The notes under the pieces are model-generated. The model worked only from the letters and a program-made list of their open reading frames with translations, was not told the origin of the DNA and ran no database searches. Positions 23,309 through 36,358 of a stretch of DNA of 64,000 bases are shown in pieces. The DNA lies in assembly GCF_030028105.1 (NCBI RefSeq), contig NC_092378.1, forward strand, positions 35,148,715-35,212,714, read 5' to 3'. Numbering within the stretch: the first letter of the stretch is position 1; the number at the start of each line of letters is the position of its first letter. Position numbers and translations under genes: made by a program. This DNA is from Mobula birostris (taxonomy: Eukaryota).

Positions 23309-26179
23309 AATTCATGTCCTGTTAACCACACAAAATGATTCCTGAATCATTTCTTTCTAAAACCTCTTGTAAGCTTTAAGCAGGATAATGGGAGAAATTA
23401 TTTTCTCAAATATGCATCTGTGAAAAGTGCAACTAAACTTACTAAATCTGGACTTGGTTTCCTTTGTGCATTTTTATTTTGTTGTTCGTTTTTCAGCATC
23501 TCACCATGAAATGCAACCTACTGACTAATGCCCATGCATAACTGACATTGAGTTGAGTGGCTAGCTAGGGTACACTCAGAAATACTGCCTGCAGTGATTT
23601 TGAGAATGCCTCGTTGGTTTGGTGTAATTGCTACCTTTCCTATTTCATTGATTTCAAAGAATTTGCACACAATCTCCAGTGCCTTCCTAGTACAATGATT
23701 AGTGTATCTTCATTACTTTGAAACATTTGTTGGGATCACTAAAAATAGTGTATCATTCAATTGCCAATGGGCATAGTTTATTTTGTGCAACTTGAAAACT
23801 GAATTAAACGTTTTCCCCTTTTATATATGGTATTCCTGCTCCTGATTTCTATGCCATCATTCTTGTCTTCACAGTCCCAAAATGAATTTTCATATCTCCA
23901 CTGGAAAAGCTGGCTGAGGGAGGTTAATACTTTCATGCCAAATCCTTCATTTTCTATCAACTAGTCTCAATTGTCTAAATGGTAGAAGTCTGCTCAGGAC
24001 TTGAACATTGCTCCTTTATCTGAGAGTCATAAGTAACACTAAGAACAGTATGTGAGAGTTCATTCTAATCTTCCAAAAAATCATTGTGTTGCAATTCTGC
24101 ATTTTAATTTTATTGCAATTAAGACAAATAGCAATCTCCCTTAGATTCTTATTTCATTGTTTAATTTTAATTTTGATTAAAGTAGTGTTCAATGCCTTGC
24201 TGACCCCAGAATAATGAGACCAAACTTATTTGTTTTGGTCGCTTAAAAGTATCAGATTTCTACAGTCTTCCATCCACTTCTAACATAGTTTTCTTTCTCA
24301 AGCACAATCTTTAATAAATGTAGTTTTCTGTTTACAAGTAGAGGAATATTTCTGAAATCACTTTGATCTGGAACTCCCCAATATACCTCATAACGTGCCG
24401 GACTCTCGTACAACTTTACATAAACACAGAAGACCCACAAGCCATCACTGTTGAGTGCCAGCAATTTCTCCAGCTGCGTTGCAGCATCTGACTCATCAAT
24501 GGAGCATGAACTTCCTTCAATTTCCCAGAAGTTTAATTAAATTATTATAATCAATCTCTAGTGTTTTAAATTGTTGTTTATTTTTGTAAAGTCTTTATTA
24601 GCTTAAATAGCTTTACATGTTTGTGAATATCACAGAACTTCACAATTATCCATCCTTTTTGAAGTGATAATCCAAGAGAGTAGCTCCTGGACTGTGGTTT
24701 AGCAGTCTGTTAAAGCAGGTGGAAGAGCCTTCCAGTTATGGTTGGACTGCCCAGTAATGCCAATTACTCAAAGTCAACTTCAGATACCTAATTACAACTA
24801 GAAAATGTGCTTGAGCAGATGCATGCTTCATTGACAGAGGGATGGTGGTACAAAATAGTTTGCTATTCCCAGGAAATTTTGGGCCCATAGTATGTATTGA
24901 ATTTCCAGGTTTTACACCAAAGAAAACCCTTTAAGCCTTGTAAGACGCTTCAGGATTTAATTATACTTGGGATATTTGAGTTATCAGCAAGACCAGCATT
25001 TAATATCTATTCCTAATTGATTTTGGGAAATTGATGACAAACTGTCCATATAATAAAGGAGCTTTCACTGTGCTGGGTGGAAGTTTAACTTGACTCGACA
25101 GCAACGATGGAGTTGTATTTTCTCATAAGAGCAGTATGTAACTTGGTTTAGGACTCACACATGGTGGTGTTCCCATGCAACTGCAGACCTCATGTTTGCA
25201 GATGTTAGAGTTTATAGGTTATGAATTGCAGTCAAAGAAGCTTTGCCATATTGTTGCAAATGATGATACTACATGGTATGCATTGCAGCTAGGATATAAA
25301 GTAGTGAATCGTTTGTACAGCACTGATAATCCAATCTGTTCCATATTCTGTCATTTAATCCTCATTTTCCATTGTTGCATTTAGGGTCTGGAATTCCCTA
25401 CTTAAAATTCTGTCCTCTGAGACTTAGTATTCTTTTTAAGTAAATCTTTTTTAGAATATTTATCTTCCAGCAGTTCCGCAAGTGGCTGTAAATGGAACCA
25501 AACAGATAGAGTTAAGAGACTGAAAAGAAAACATCTAACATGCTGAAGCTGCTGATGAACTCTGGGATACTACGTAGAACAAGTCAGTTCAGATGCAAAG
25601 TAGTAAAATAAAAGATTTTGAATGCTTCCATTGCTTCCTCAGTGAAACATAACAGTAAAATGTTACCATGCTTCTCTTTGCTTTTCCCTTTGAAACTGTC
25701 CAGGGAATTGTTTTTTTTTAAATTATTAAATGTTGATATAAAATGCAGAGTAATGATCAAGTTGTTTTCCTGGATGAGAAGTATTTGCCATGGAGTGAAC
25801 AAAGTCTTAGTGCTCTTCTTTGCATCTTAATTCTGAGTTCTAAAGGCGGAAGGAAACTGTGACTTCTTGATATTTTTAAAATATTTTTGACATTTTAGCA
25901 TTTGCTACATTCTTATGAAGTAAGCTATCTTTATTTGTGAAACTCATCTAACTAACACTATTATTTTTAATTCTCTTTATTTTATTGCAACAGGATTTTC
26001 AGATTGTTGTTAGCTCTATGGAGTAAAAATAGCATTCCTTTAGAGCTGTACTAGTTTCTGATAGGCCAGTAGAAAATATATCATGAGAAGTAACAGTAAA
26101 TCAGTTGATAGTTCGTAATGGATAGTCATGTCATTGAAGCATTTTTACCATAATATCCCCTTGATGGTGCATGAAAATC

Positions 26180-27260
26180 AAACTCTAGTTTATTATTACT
26201 ATCATACATCATGAAATTTGTTGTTTTGCTGCAGTACAGTGCAATACATAAAATAGCTAGTGTTTTATGGATTGTTCAGAAATCTGATGGCAGAGAGGGA
26301 AAGAAGTGGTTCCTAAAACATTGAGTGTTTTGTCTTCCTCCTCCCTGATATTAGTAATGAGAAGAAGTCTTGTCCTGGGTGATGGGGATTGTTAATAATG
26401 GATGCTACTTATCTGAAGTATCATCTTTTGAATGTTTCCTTGAAAGTGAGAGGCTAGTGCCTATGGTGGAGCTGGCTGAGTTTACAAGCCTTCGCAACTT
26501 TTTCCAGTCCTGTGCATTGGCACCTCCATACTAGATGGTGATACAACCAGACAGAATGTTCTCCACAGTAGATCTGTAGAAATGTTCGATGACGTACAAA
26601 GTCTCCTCAAACTCCTAATGCAAGATAACCACTGTTGTCGCTTCTTTGTAATTGCATCAATATGTTGAGCCCAGCATAGATCTTCAGAGATGTTGATACC
26701 CAGAAACTTGAAACTGTTCACCCTTTCCACTGCTGATTCCTTGATTTCCCCTTTCTGAAATCTACTCTCAATTCCTTGGTCTTATTGATGATGTGACACT
26801 ACTCAACCATTCAATCTATCTCACTTCTGTACGCCTCTTCATCACCATCTGAGATTCTGCCAATAATAGTTGTATCATCGGCAAATTTATAAGAGGCCTT
26901 GGAGATGTGTCTTGCCACACAGTCATGTGACTCTAGGGAGAGTAGAACAACGGGCTAAGAACGCATCCTTGACATGCACCTATATTGATTGTCAGCAAGG
27001 AGGAGGTTATTTCCAATCCTCACTGACTGTGGTCTCCTGATGAAGAAGTAAAGGATCCAGTTGCAGAGGGAGGCATAGAGGCCGAGGTTTAGAAGCTTGT
27101 TGATTAGCACTGAGGTAATTAATCTGTTGAACACTGGTTGAGCTGTAATCAATAAACAGCAGCCTGACATAGGTATTGCTGTTGTCCAGCTGGTCCGAGG
27201 ATGAGTGCAGAGCCAGTGAAGTTGTATAGCCTGTAGACCTATTATGCTGATAGGCAAATT
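26180..27260 (-). mobile_element. Rex1/Babar-type LINE, decayed
   Basis: ORF 26482..26730 ERVNSFKFLGINISEDLCWAQHIDAITKK; ORF 26955 segment LINKLLNLGLYASLCNWILYF. Confidence 0.85.
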
Positions 27261-27291
27261 GTATTGTAATTGTATTAAACTTTCTTGTTTA

Positions 27292-30200
27292 GAACATAGA
27301 ACATAGAATAGTACAGCACAGTACAGGCCCTTCGGCCCACAATGTTGTGCCAACCCTCAAACCCTGCCTCCCATATAAGCCCCCACCTTAAATTCCTCCA
27401 TATACCTGTCTAGTAGTCTCTTAAACTTCACTAGTGTATCTGCCTCCACCACTGACTCAGGCAGTGCATTCCACACACAAACCACTCTCTGAGTAAAAAA
27501 CCTTCCTCTAATATCCCCCTTGAACTTCCCACCCCTTACCTTAAAGCCATGTCCTCTTGTATTGAGCAGTGGTGCCCTGGGAAAGAGGCACTGGCTATCC
27601 ACTCTATCTGTTCCTCTTATTATCTTGTACACCTCTATCATGTCTCCTCTCATCCTCCTTCTCTCCAAAGAGTAAAGCCCTAGCTCCCTTAATCTCTGAT
27701 CATAATATATACTTTCTAAACCAGGCAGCATCCTGGTAAATCTCCTCTGTACCCTTTCCAATGCTTCCACATCCTTCCTATAGTGAGGTGACCAGAACTG
27801 GACACAGTACTCCAAGTGTGGCCTAACCAGAGTTTTATAGAGCTGCATCATTACATCGCGACTCTTAAACTCTATCCCTCGACTTATGAAAGCTAACACC
27901 CCATAAGCTTTCTTAACTACCCTATCTACCTGTGAGGCAACTTTCAGGGATCTGTGGACATGTACCCCGAGATCCCTCTGCTCCTCCACACTACCAAGTA
28001 TCCTGCCATTTACTTTGTACTCTGCCTTGGAGTTTGTGCTTCCAAAGTGTACCACCTCACACTGCTCCGGGTTGATCTCCATCTGCCACTTCTCAGCCCA
28101 CTCCTGCATCCCATCGATGTCTCTCTGCAATCTTTGACAATCCTCTACACTATCTACAACACCACCAACCTTTGTGTTGTCTGCAAACTTGCCAACCCAC
28201 CCTTCTACCCCCACATCCAGGTCGTTAATAAAAATCACGAAAAGTAGAGGTCCCAGAACAGATCCTTGTGGGACACCACTAGTCATAATCCTCCAATCTG
28301 AATATACTTCCTCCACCACCACCCTCTGCCTTCTGCAGGCAAGCCAATTCTGAATCCACCTGGCCAGACTTCCCTGGATCCCATGCCTTCTAACTTTCTG
28401 AATAAGCCTACCGTGTGGAACCTTGTCAAATGCCTTACTAAAATCCATATAGATCACATCCACTGCAATACCCTCATCTATATCCCTGGTCACCTCCTCA
28501 AAGAACTCTATCAGGCTTGATAGACACGATCTGCCCTTCACAAAGCCATGCTGACTGTCCCTGATCAGACCAGGATTCTCTAAATGCCCACGGATCCTAT
28601 CTCTGAGAATCTTTTCCAACAGCTTTCCCACCACAGACGTAAGGCTCACTGGTCTATAATTACCCAGACTATCCCTACTACCTTTTTTGAACAAGGGGAC
28701 AACATTCGCCTCCCTCCAATCCTCCGGTACCATTCCTGTGGACAACGAGGACATAAAGATCCCAGCCAGAGGCTCAGCAATCTCTTCTGTCACCTCGTGG
28801 AGCAGCCTGGGGAATATTCCGTCAGGCCCCAGGGACTTACCTGTCCTAATGTATTTTAACAACTCCAACACCTTCTCTCCCTTAATATCAACATGCTCCA
28901 AAACATCAGCCTCACTCATATTGTCCTCACCATCATCAAGTTCCCTCTCATTGGTGAATACCAAAGAGAAGTATTCATTGAGGACCTCGCTCACTTCCAC
29001 CGCTTCCAGGCACATCTTCCCACCTTTATCTCTAATCGGTCCTACCTTTACTCCTGTCAGCCTTTTTTTCCTTCACATAATTGAAGAATGCCTTGGGGTT
29101 TTCCTTTACCCTACTCGCCAAGGCTTTCTCATGCCCCCTTCTTGCTCTTCTCAGCCCCTTCTTAAGCTCCTTTCTTGCTTCCCTATATTCCTCAATAGAC
29201 CCATCTGATCCTTGCTTCCTAAACCTCATATATGCTGCCTTCTTCCACCTGACTAGATTTTCCACCTCACTTGTCACCCATGGTTCCTTCACCCTACCAT
29301 TCTTTATCTTCCTCACCGGGACAAATTTATCCCTAACATCCTGCAAGAGATCTCTAAACATAGACCACATTTTCATAGTACATTTCCCTGCAAAAACATC
29401 ATCCCAATTCACACCCGCAAGTTCTAGCCTTATAGCCTCATAACTTGCCTTTCCCCAATTAAAAAGTTTCCTGTCCTCTCTGATTCTATCCTTTTCCATC
29501 ATAATGCTAAAGGCCAGGGAGTGGTGGTCACTGTCCCCCAGATGCTCACCCACTGAGAGATCTGTGACCTGACCTGGTTCATTACCTAGTACTAGATCTA
29601 GTATGGCATTCCACCCTGGTTGGCCTGTCCACATACTGTGACAGGAATCCGTCCTGGACACACTTAACAAACTCTGCCCCATCTAAACCCTTGGGACTAA
29701 TCAGGTGCCAATCAATATTAGGGAAGTTAAAGTCCCCCATGATAACAACCCTGTTATTTTTGTACCTTTCCAAAATCTGCCTCCCAATCTGCTCCTCTGT
29801 ATCTCTGCTGCTACCAGGGGGCCTATAGAATACCCCCAATAGAGTAACTGCTCCCTTCCTGTTCCTGACTTCCACCCATATTGACTCAAAAGAGGATCCT
29901 GCTACATTACCCACCCTTTCTGTAGCTGTAATAGTATCCCTGACCAGTAATGCAACCCCTCCTCCCCTTTTTCCGCCCTCTCTATCCCTTTTAAAGCACT
30001 GAAATCCAGGAATATTGAGAATCCATTCCTGCCCTGGTGCCAGTCAAGCCTCTGTAATGGCCACTACATCATAATTCCATGTATATATCCAAGCTCTCAG
30101 TTCATCACCTTTGTTCCTGATGCTTCTTGCATTGAGGTACACCCATTTCAGCCCTTCTACCTTACTGTCTTTACACCATTTATTCTGCTTTCCTTTCCTC

Positions 30201-30604
30201 AAAGCCTGTCTGTATGTTAGATCTGGCTTTACTTCATGCACCTCTTTCACTGCTGTATTGCTCTGGGTCCCATCCCTCTTGCAAATTAGTTTAAACCCTC
30301 CCGAACCATGCTAGCAAACCCACCTGCAAGGATATTGCTCCCCCTCGAGTTCAGGTGCAACCCATCCAATCTGTACAGGTCCCACCTTCCCCAGAAGAAA
30401 TCCCAATGATCTAAAAATCTAAAACCCTGCTCCCTGCACCAACTCCTCAGCCACGCATTCAACTGCCATCTCCTCCAATTCTTACCATTACTGTCACGTA
30501 GCACTGGCAGCAATCCTGAGAAAGCCACCCTTAAGGTCCTGTTCTTCAGCCTTCTGCCTAGTTCCAAAACTCACACTTCAAGGAATCATCCGTCTTCCTG
30601 CCTA
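27292..30604 (-). mobile_element. CR1-clade (HER1-like) LINE: ORF1 esterase remnant plus near-complete, disrupted ORF2 (APE endonuclease and RT)
   Basis: 30286..30567 SGNH-like DGLHLN; EN motifs YLNARSI, DVVAITE, GVFYRPP, MGDFNFP, LDLVL, DSDH; 552-aa RT ORF with NYRPVSLTS, MDFSKAFDKV, GVPQGSVLGP, FADNT; (TTCTATG)n tail; 7-bp TTGTTTA flanks. Confidence 0.95.
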
Positions 30605-33229
30605 TTGTTTATTGCACGCTCTTTCTGGAACAATAGATTGTTCATGTGATATTGCTTAGGTTGGTGTTTCCGACGACCAATATTATAGGTGACGTCATTG
30701 GGTTAGTCAACTAGACATACGGTTGTATTCATCAAAACCAAAAAACAATAATGGACTTGTCATCTGGGTCTTGAATGAGGTAAATTTAATTCAGAAGAAC
30801 ATTCTCCTTTCTGGATAATAATGGATAGCTAGGTTCAGGGGGAATATTGGCATCTTACTTCCAACTTTCCAACCTAGTGTGAATGTTAATGCTTATGTGT
30901 GACTACAAAGTTTTTCTGTTTTATTTATGTAACATGATTATTTCACTGTACTTTCCAGAAAAAAAATGAACATCTACAGAAACCAAGGTAACAAAGCAGG
31001 AAATTCATTTCATCAAATGCATATGTGAAAGGCTCATCAAAGATTTAGAAATAGCATCATACACAGTGGAACTATTTGCCTTCCAGATGAGAATTGTTAA
31101 TATATTTTGAACCAATCAAGATGGCAGTTGATAAGATAACCATCTCAATGAAAATATACTTAACAGATAGAATAACTTTGTCAGTACAATATATCAATCA
31201 TGATAATTAAAAATGTTATGTAAAAAGTTTTTGATCAAATGCCAGTAGCAAAGATTATGATCTTCCCACATGTTGTGGAAATCTTCGTGTTTGCTTTGAC
31301 TTCCATTTTGTTGTCTGGAATATATAGAATTGTGTTGATAGTTGAACTGAATGTTACATTGATGTAAAGGTATTGACCATGAGAAACATTAGGAGAAAGG
31401 AACACACAATCTGTGAAAATACCAAACTGCTCTTCGGCTGTTTCCATCAACACAATGGTGTTGTCCTTCTACCACCTTCCTCATTGATTCTTAATGTCTG
31501 TCACACTTTGAACAAATGAGTCTCCATAATTTTGTTTTAAATTTATGTTTCTATTCATTTCTGCTCAAGGTACAAGTTCCATTCATGGCTGAATTCTTGA
31601 TTTCAAATTAAATTTGCTGATCAGGTTCAGGAGGAATTTAGGGACCTTATTTTTGTGTTGTTATTCTGCTGTGAATACTAATTCCTTTAGTTGACTGGTA
31701 CATGTCTTTGAGTGTTTTAAGGACAGGAACCACCACCATCACCATCTCCTTCATGCATTGGATAATGCCTCCACAGGTGTTATCCACATCTGTGGAAAAG
31801 AAAATGATCTTGTGCTAATGAATCCCTCATTGGCCCAGAAGGATTTATATGTTTTCTTGATTCTCTCTGCTTCCTAATGATAGTAATATTGATCTTATGC
31901 ATTTGGTAAATTCAGGTACTTTTAGATAGCAAGCAAGTATATTTTCTGTTGAATTCTTACAAAACTTCAACAACAATAGTATTATCACTATTAATCCTAC
32001 TAATGTAGAGTATGTCCTCCCCAATATCTTTCAGATACTTTCTGCTGTAACCTGTTTAAATCCCCAATTTGTGCAAATTGGCTCAACTCCCCATAAAAGC
32101 ATTCCTCTGTTACCCTGTGAGAAGCTTATTGCCTTAAGTATAATCTATATTCATGTATTCTTAACAAGGACAAAAAAATGTAATATGATGGTGAGCTGTA
32201 AAGGCCAGCCTGGCTAAAATTTTAGCAAAGCGAAATTCAAACGCTAAACTCAGATTGCTATGCCAAGCCTCATGTTAACATAAACTTAAGCATTAGTCGT
32301 CAAAGACCAGTTTTACAACATTCCCCTAAAACATTGTATAAACCTTCTCACATAGTTGAAAGCATTTGTGAAGGTAGCCTTAAGAAATGCTACCATTTTC
32401 TATAATTGCCTTTCCTCTGGGGAATTCTTGCTTTTCCATAATGTGAAATCTCAGACTGAAAAAAAAGTAGAACCTTTGAAGATTTTAAATTTTGAAAGAA
32501 ATAGTACAAAGGGTGGTGCAAGACATAGAATCTCCAGCACTGATAGTAAGAAAAAAATTATCTACAGCAGTCATTTGTTATTAGTCTTTCTGGTATATAC
32601 AGTATGTTAAGTAGGATTCTTTGTGTTTTCCTATTTTTGCTTAATCCAGTTAAACCTTCTTCCTTTATTTAAGGTGCTCACTGCAAGATGGTACTGTTTG
32701 ATTACATTTTTCTGAATTCATATTATTATTTTGTAAAGCCAAGTCAAACTTTCAGTTTCTTTATAAATGAGTCTTGTAGCATTTCATTTTATTTGACTTG
32801 ATTTTAGTCTAAGTTGTTGTAAGTATTGAACTTACCAAGGACAAGTACACATGGCTGTATTCATTAGGGAGAGTTGTGCATAAAGAGTGTAAGATTTTGG
32901 TTAGTTATTAATCAGTATATAATATTTTTACTGTGGCTGGGGACAAAAAAATTAATCTCTCATTTTACATGTCAGATAAGAGATCAGCTGAGTAATTTAA
33001 AAAGTATCCAATCTTAGTTAAGGTGAACTTTAGCTAAGCTTTTTGGTGTTATCGTGGTGATTACAGAAGATATGCCATTCATGAGGACTTTGGAAAGGCA
33101 ATGTGAAGAATCAGATGTCCATCCCTGGAGTTATCCAAAAATTATGGTTTATAGAGTGTGCTTTTTTTCCATTTTTTGTGCATACAAAAAGAAATGTTTC
33201 CTGTTTAAATTTAATGCAGTGGCATAACG

Positions 33230-34150
33230 CTTAGAACATAGAGCAATAATGTCATAGTGACAGGCCCTTTGGCCTATGATGTGCCAAATTAATGAAACTA
33301 ATGACAATTAATCCCTTTAGCCTGAAGGTGGTACATATCCCTCCATTCTTTGCATGTGCCTACCCAAAAGCCCCTTAAACCTATGCGTCATATATTCCTC
33401 CACTACTGCCCCGTCAGTGCATTCCAGCCACTCACTAATCTTCGTGTAAAATCAACTTGCCCCCACATCTTTTGAACTTACCTCTTCTCACATTAACTGC
33501 ATGTCCTTAAGAATTAGACATTTTGGACCTGGGAAAAAGATAATGGCTGTCTAATCTGTTTGTGTTTCTTGTAATTTTGTAAATTACTATCGGGTCTCCT
33601 CTTTCCTTCTGGCACTCCAGAGAAAACAATCCTTGTTTGTTCCACTTCTCCTTTTAGCCCATGCCCTCTAAACCAGGCAGCGTCCTGGTAAGCCTCTTCT
33701 GCGCTCTCTCCAAAGCCTCCACATCCTTCTTATAATGGGGTGACTAGAAATGAATGTAGTTTTCTAGAAGCAGTTTAACCAGAGTTTTACAAAACTGCAA
33801 CATAACTGTGTACTCTTCATCTTAATGTCTTAATTAATAAAGACAAGCATACTATGTCACCCTGTCGACTTCTGTGGCCTCTTTCAGGAAGCTCTGGACT
33901 TGGACCCCCAGATCCCCCAGTGGAATGCTGCTGAGGACCTGCCATTAGCTATGTACTGTCCCTTTACGTTAGATCTCCTGAAACACAAAACCGCACACTT
34001 CTGTCTGTCTTTTCTCTGCCCATATCCACAACTGATCAATATCCCACTGTATTCTTTTGCAATTTTCTACACAATCAACAATGTCATTGGTCTTTGTATT
34101 TTCTGCAAACCTACTAAGCCACCCATCCACATTTTCACCCAAGTCAAATA
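33230..34150 (-). mobile_element. CR1 LINE 3' fragment, older
   Basis: ORF 33969..34178 DLGENVDGWLSRFAENTK...IQWDIDQL; colinear with 27292-28230; tagaacatagag tail. Confidence 0.85.
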
Positions 34151-35504
34151 TGACATTTATATTCATCTCAATTTGCATGCATTCTAATGTGCAAATGTAT
34201 CCATTGGTATTAAATTTCTTCTACAGAACAAAGAGTATTAGGTAACTGCATCATTTTTGTTGCATCATTCAACCTCTTCCATATTTCATTGGTGTTATAG
34301 CTAGTTTTGTGAGACAAAAGCCAACTGATAAGGTAACTGACAAGACCTGGTCATGTTCTCTTTTAAGCATTCTTGTAATTTTGAGGATACTTTCTTTTAA
34401 TACCTAGTGGTTTTTTTTGCATGAAACCAGTTGTGGTGAACTCACTATTCTATCATCATCATCTGAGTAATTTTGTTTGGCAAAGTAGTTTGTCAACATC
34501 AACATAAAAGTTTGACTGATCACTTCCACTTTAAATCTAATTTATTAATATTCAATGCAGTGCATTACATTGTGGCCACAATAGCAGTTTTCCTATTCTC
34601 TTTTTCTCATATTAACTGAAAATGTTATTAATCTATGAATTTTAGGAAAAATACTGTTTAAAAAAAACTGGAAGTGACAATAAAATGCTTCCTTTGCAGA
34701 ATTTGTCAACACCACTGTGGCTATTTCTGTGTACTTCAATCACATGAAAGGACAAAAAAATACAGACTTTCATAACCCAGTGGCCAGTGTGTGGATTTCA
34801 TACCTATTATCCTTCAGTGCAATTTCACAAGCATCACAATACTCTTAAATAGTGGAATGAGATTGGCCATTGCACTCTAAGTAATTAAGATCATCTAAGA
34901 TAACCACACAATTGTAGTTATGGTTTTATAATGAATTATGTGAGCATGACAACTCAAAGGTTAGCCTTTACTTCAGTTTGCGTACACTACTGAAACTTTG
35001 GAGGGACAATCAGATTCTGTCCATTCAAACTCTCTATTTCTGCTGAGCCATTCACAATGAGTAATTTTAGTTACTTTAGAACGTAGAAGTAAATGGCACA
35101 AGAATAGGCTCTCGGCCAATGATGTCTGTACCAACCGTAAGCTAACCTAAACTAATCCCATCTTCCTCCATCCTCTGCTTGTTCATTTGTTTCTCTAAAT
35201 GCCCCTTAAATGTTGCTATCATATCTGCTTTCACCACTTCCACGGCAGTGTATTGCAGGCACCTCCCACTCTCTGTATAAAAATAAAACTTGCCTTGCAA
35301 GTATCTCTTTTAAACTCTCCCTCTTTCACCTTAAAACTATACCCTCTTTGATATTTCCACCCTGAAGAAAAGACTCTGAACGTCTACCCTTATCAATGCC
35401 TCTCATAATTTCATATACTTATATTAGGTTACACCCCCCCACCCCCTCAGCATCCAACACCACAGAAAAAATAATTCAAGTTTGTCCAACCTCTCCTTGT
35501 AGCT

Positions 35505-35760
35505 ACAAATAAAAAATGCTGGAGGAACTCAGCAGGTCAAGCAAGATGTAAGCAGGGAAATGAACAGTTGACATTTCGGCTCAAAACCCATCATCAGGAT
35601 TGGAAAGAAAGTGGGCAGAAGCCAGAATGCTAGAAGGAGGAAGATGGGGGAGTGATGAGAGAAGGAGGAAGGAGGAAGATGGAGTGATGGGAGAAGCAGT
35701 GAGGTGATAGGTGAAAAAGGTAAAGGGCTGAAGAAGGAATGTGATAGGAGAAGACACTTC
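35505..35760 (-). mobile_element. PLE 3' end fragment (purine-rich tract plus hammerhead-like motif)
   Basis: aaaatgctggaggaactcagcagg...gacatttcggctcaaaacccatcatcagg followed by a purine tract shared with 60537-60700 and 1-60. Confidence 0.7.
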
Positions 35761-36172
35761 CAACTGATTTATATTTTCTGACAACCTTCTTCACTATCCT
35801 CAGCTCTGTCAATTTTTGTAGTATCTGCAAATGTACTAACCAGCCCATCTATGTTTTCATCCAAATCATTTATATATCACAGAGATCCCAGCACTGAACA
35901 CTACTGGTCACAGATCTCCAGTCAGATTAACACTCCTCCACTACCTCCTGTCTTCCATGGCCAAGTAAATTTTGAATCTAATCTATCAAGTCTCTGTGAA
36001 TCCCATGAACATTAATCTTTTGGATCTGCCTACCATATGGGACCTTTCTGAATGCTTTACTAAAGCCCATGTAAGGAATATTCACTGCCTACATTTTCCA
36101 CCACCTTAAAACTCTCAATCAAGTTAGTAAAACATGACTTCCTCGCACAAAGCCAACTATCCCTAATAAGTT

Positions 36173-36358
36173 AACAACAGGAATTCTGCAGATGCTGGAA
36201 ATTCAAGCAACACACATAAAAGTTGCTGGTGAACGCAGCAGGCCGGGCAGCATCTCTAGGAAGAGGTGAACAGTGGACGTTTCAGGCCGAGACCCTTCGT
36301 CAGGACTTCCTAGAGATGCTGCCTGGCCTGCTGCGTTCACCAGCAACTTTTATGTGTG
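36173..36358. mobile_element. Young palindromic Penelope-like end element with a 14-bp TSD
   Basis: Inverted arms; TSD atccctaataagtt (36159-36172) / atccgtaataagtt (36359-36372). Confidence 0.88.
36272..36307 (-). ncRNA. Minimal type I hammerhead ribozyme motif, intact core
   Basis: Minus strand AGTC-CTGACGA-AGGGTCTCGGCCT-GAAAC-GTC-CACT: CUGANGA, stem II, GAAA, palindromic ACGU stem III, GUC site; one stem I mismatch. Confidence 0.65.

Noticed and set aside
27357-29015. 552-aa ORF as a domesticated host gene
   Set aside because: It is part of a frameshifted CR1 ORF2 with TSD and tail, and a catalytic Asp is mutated.
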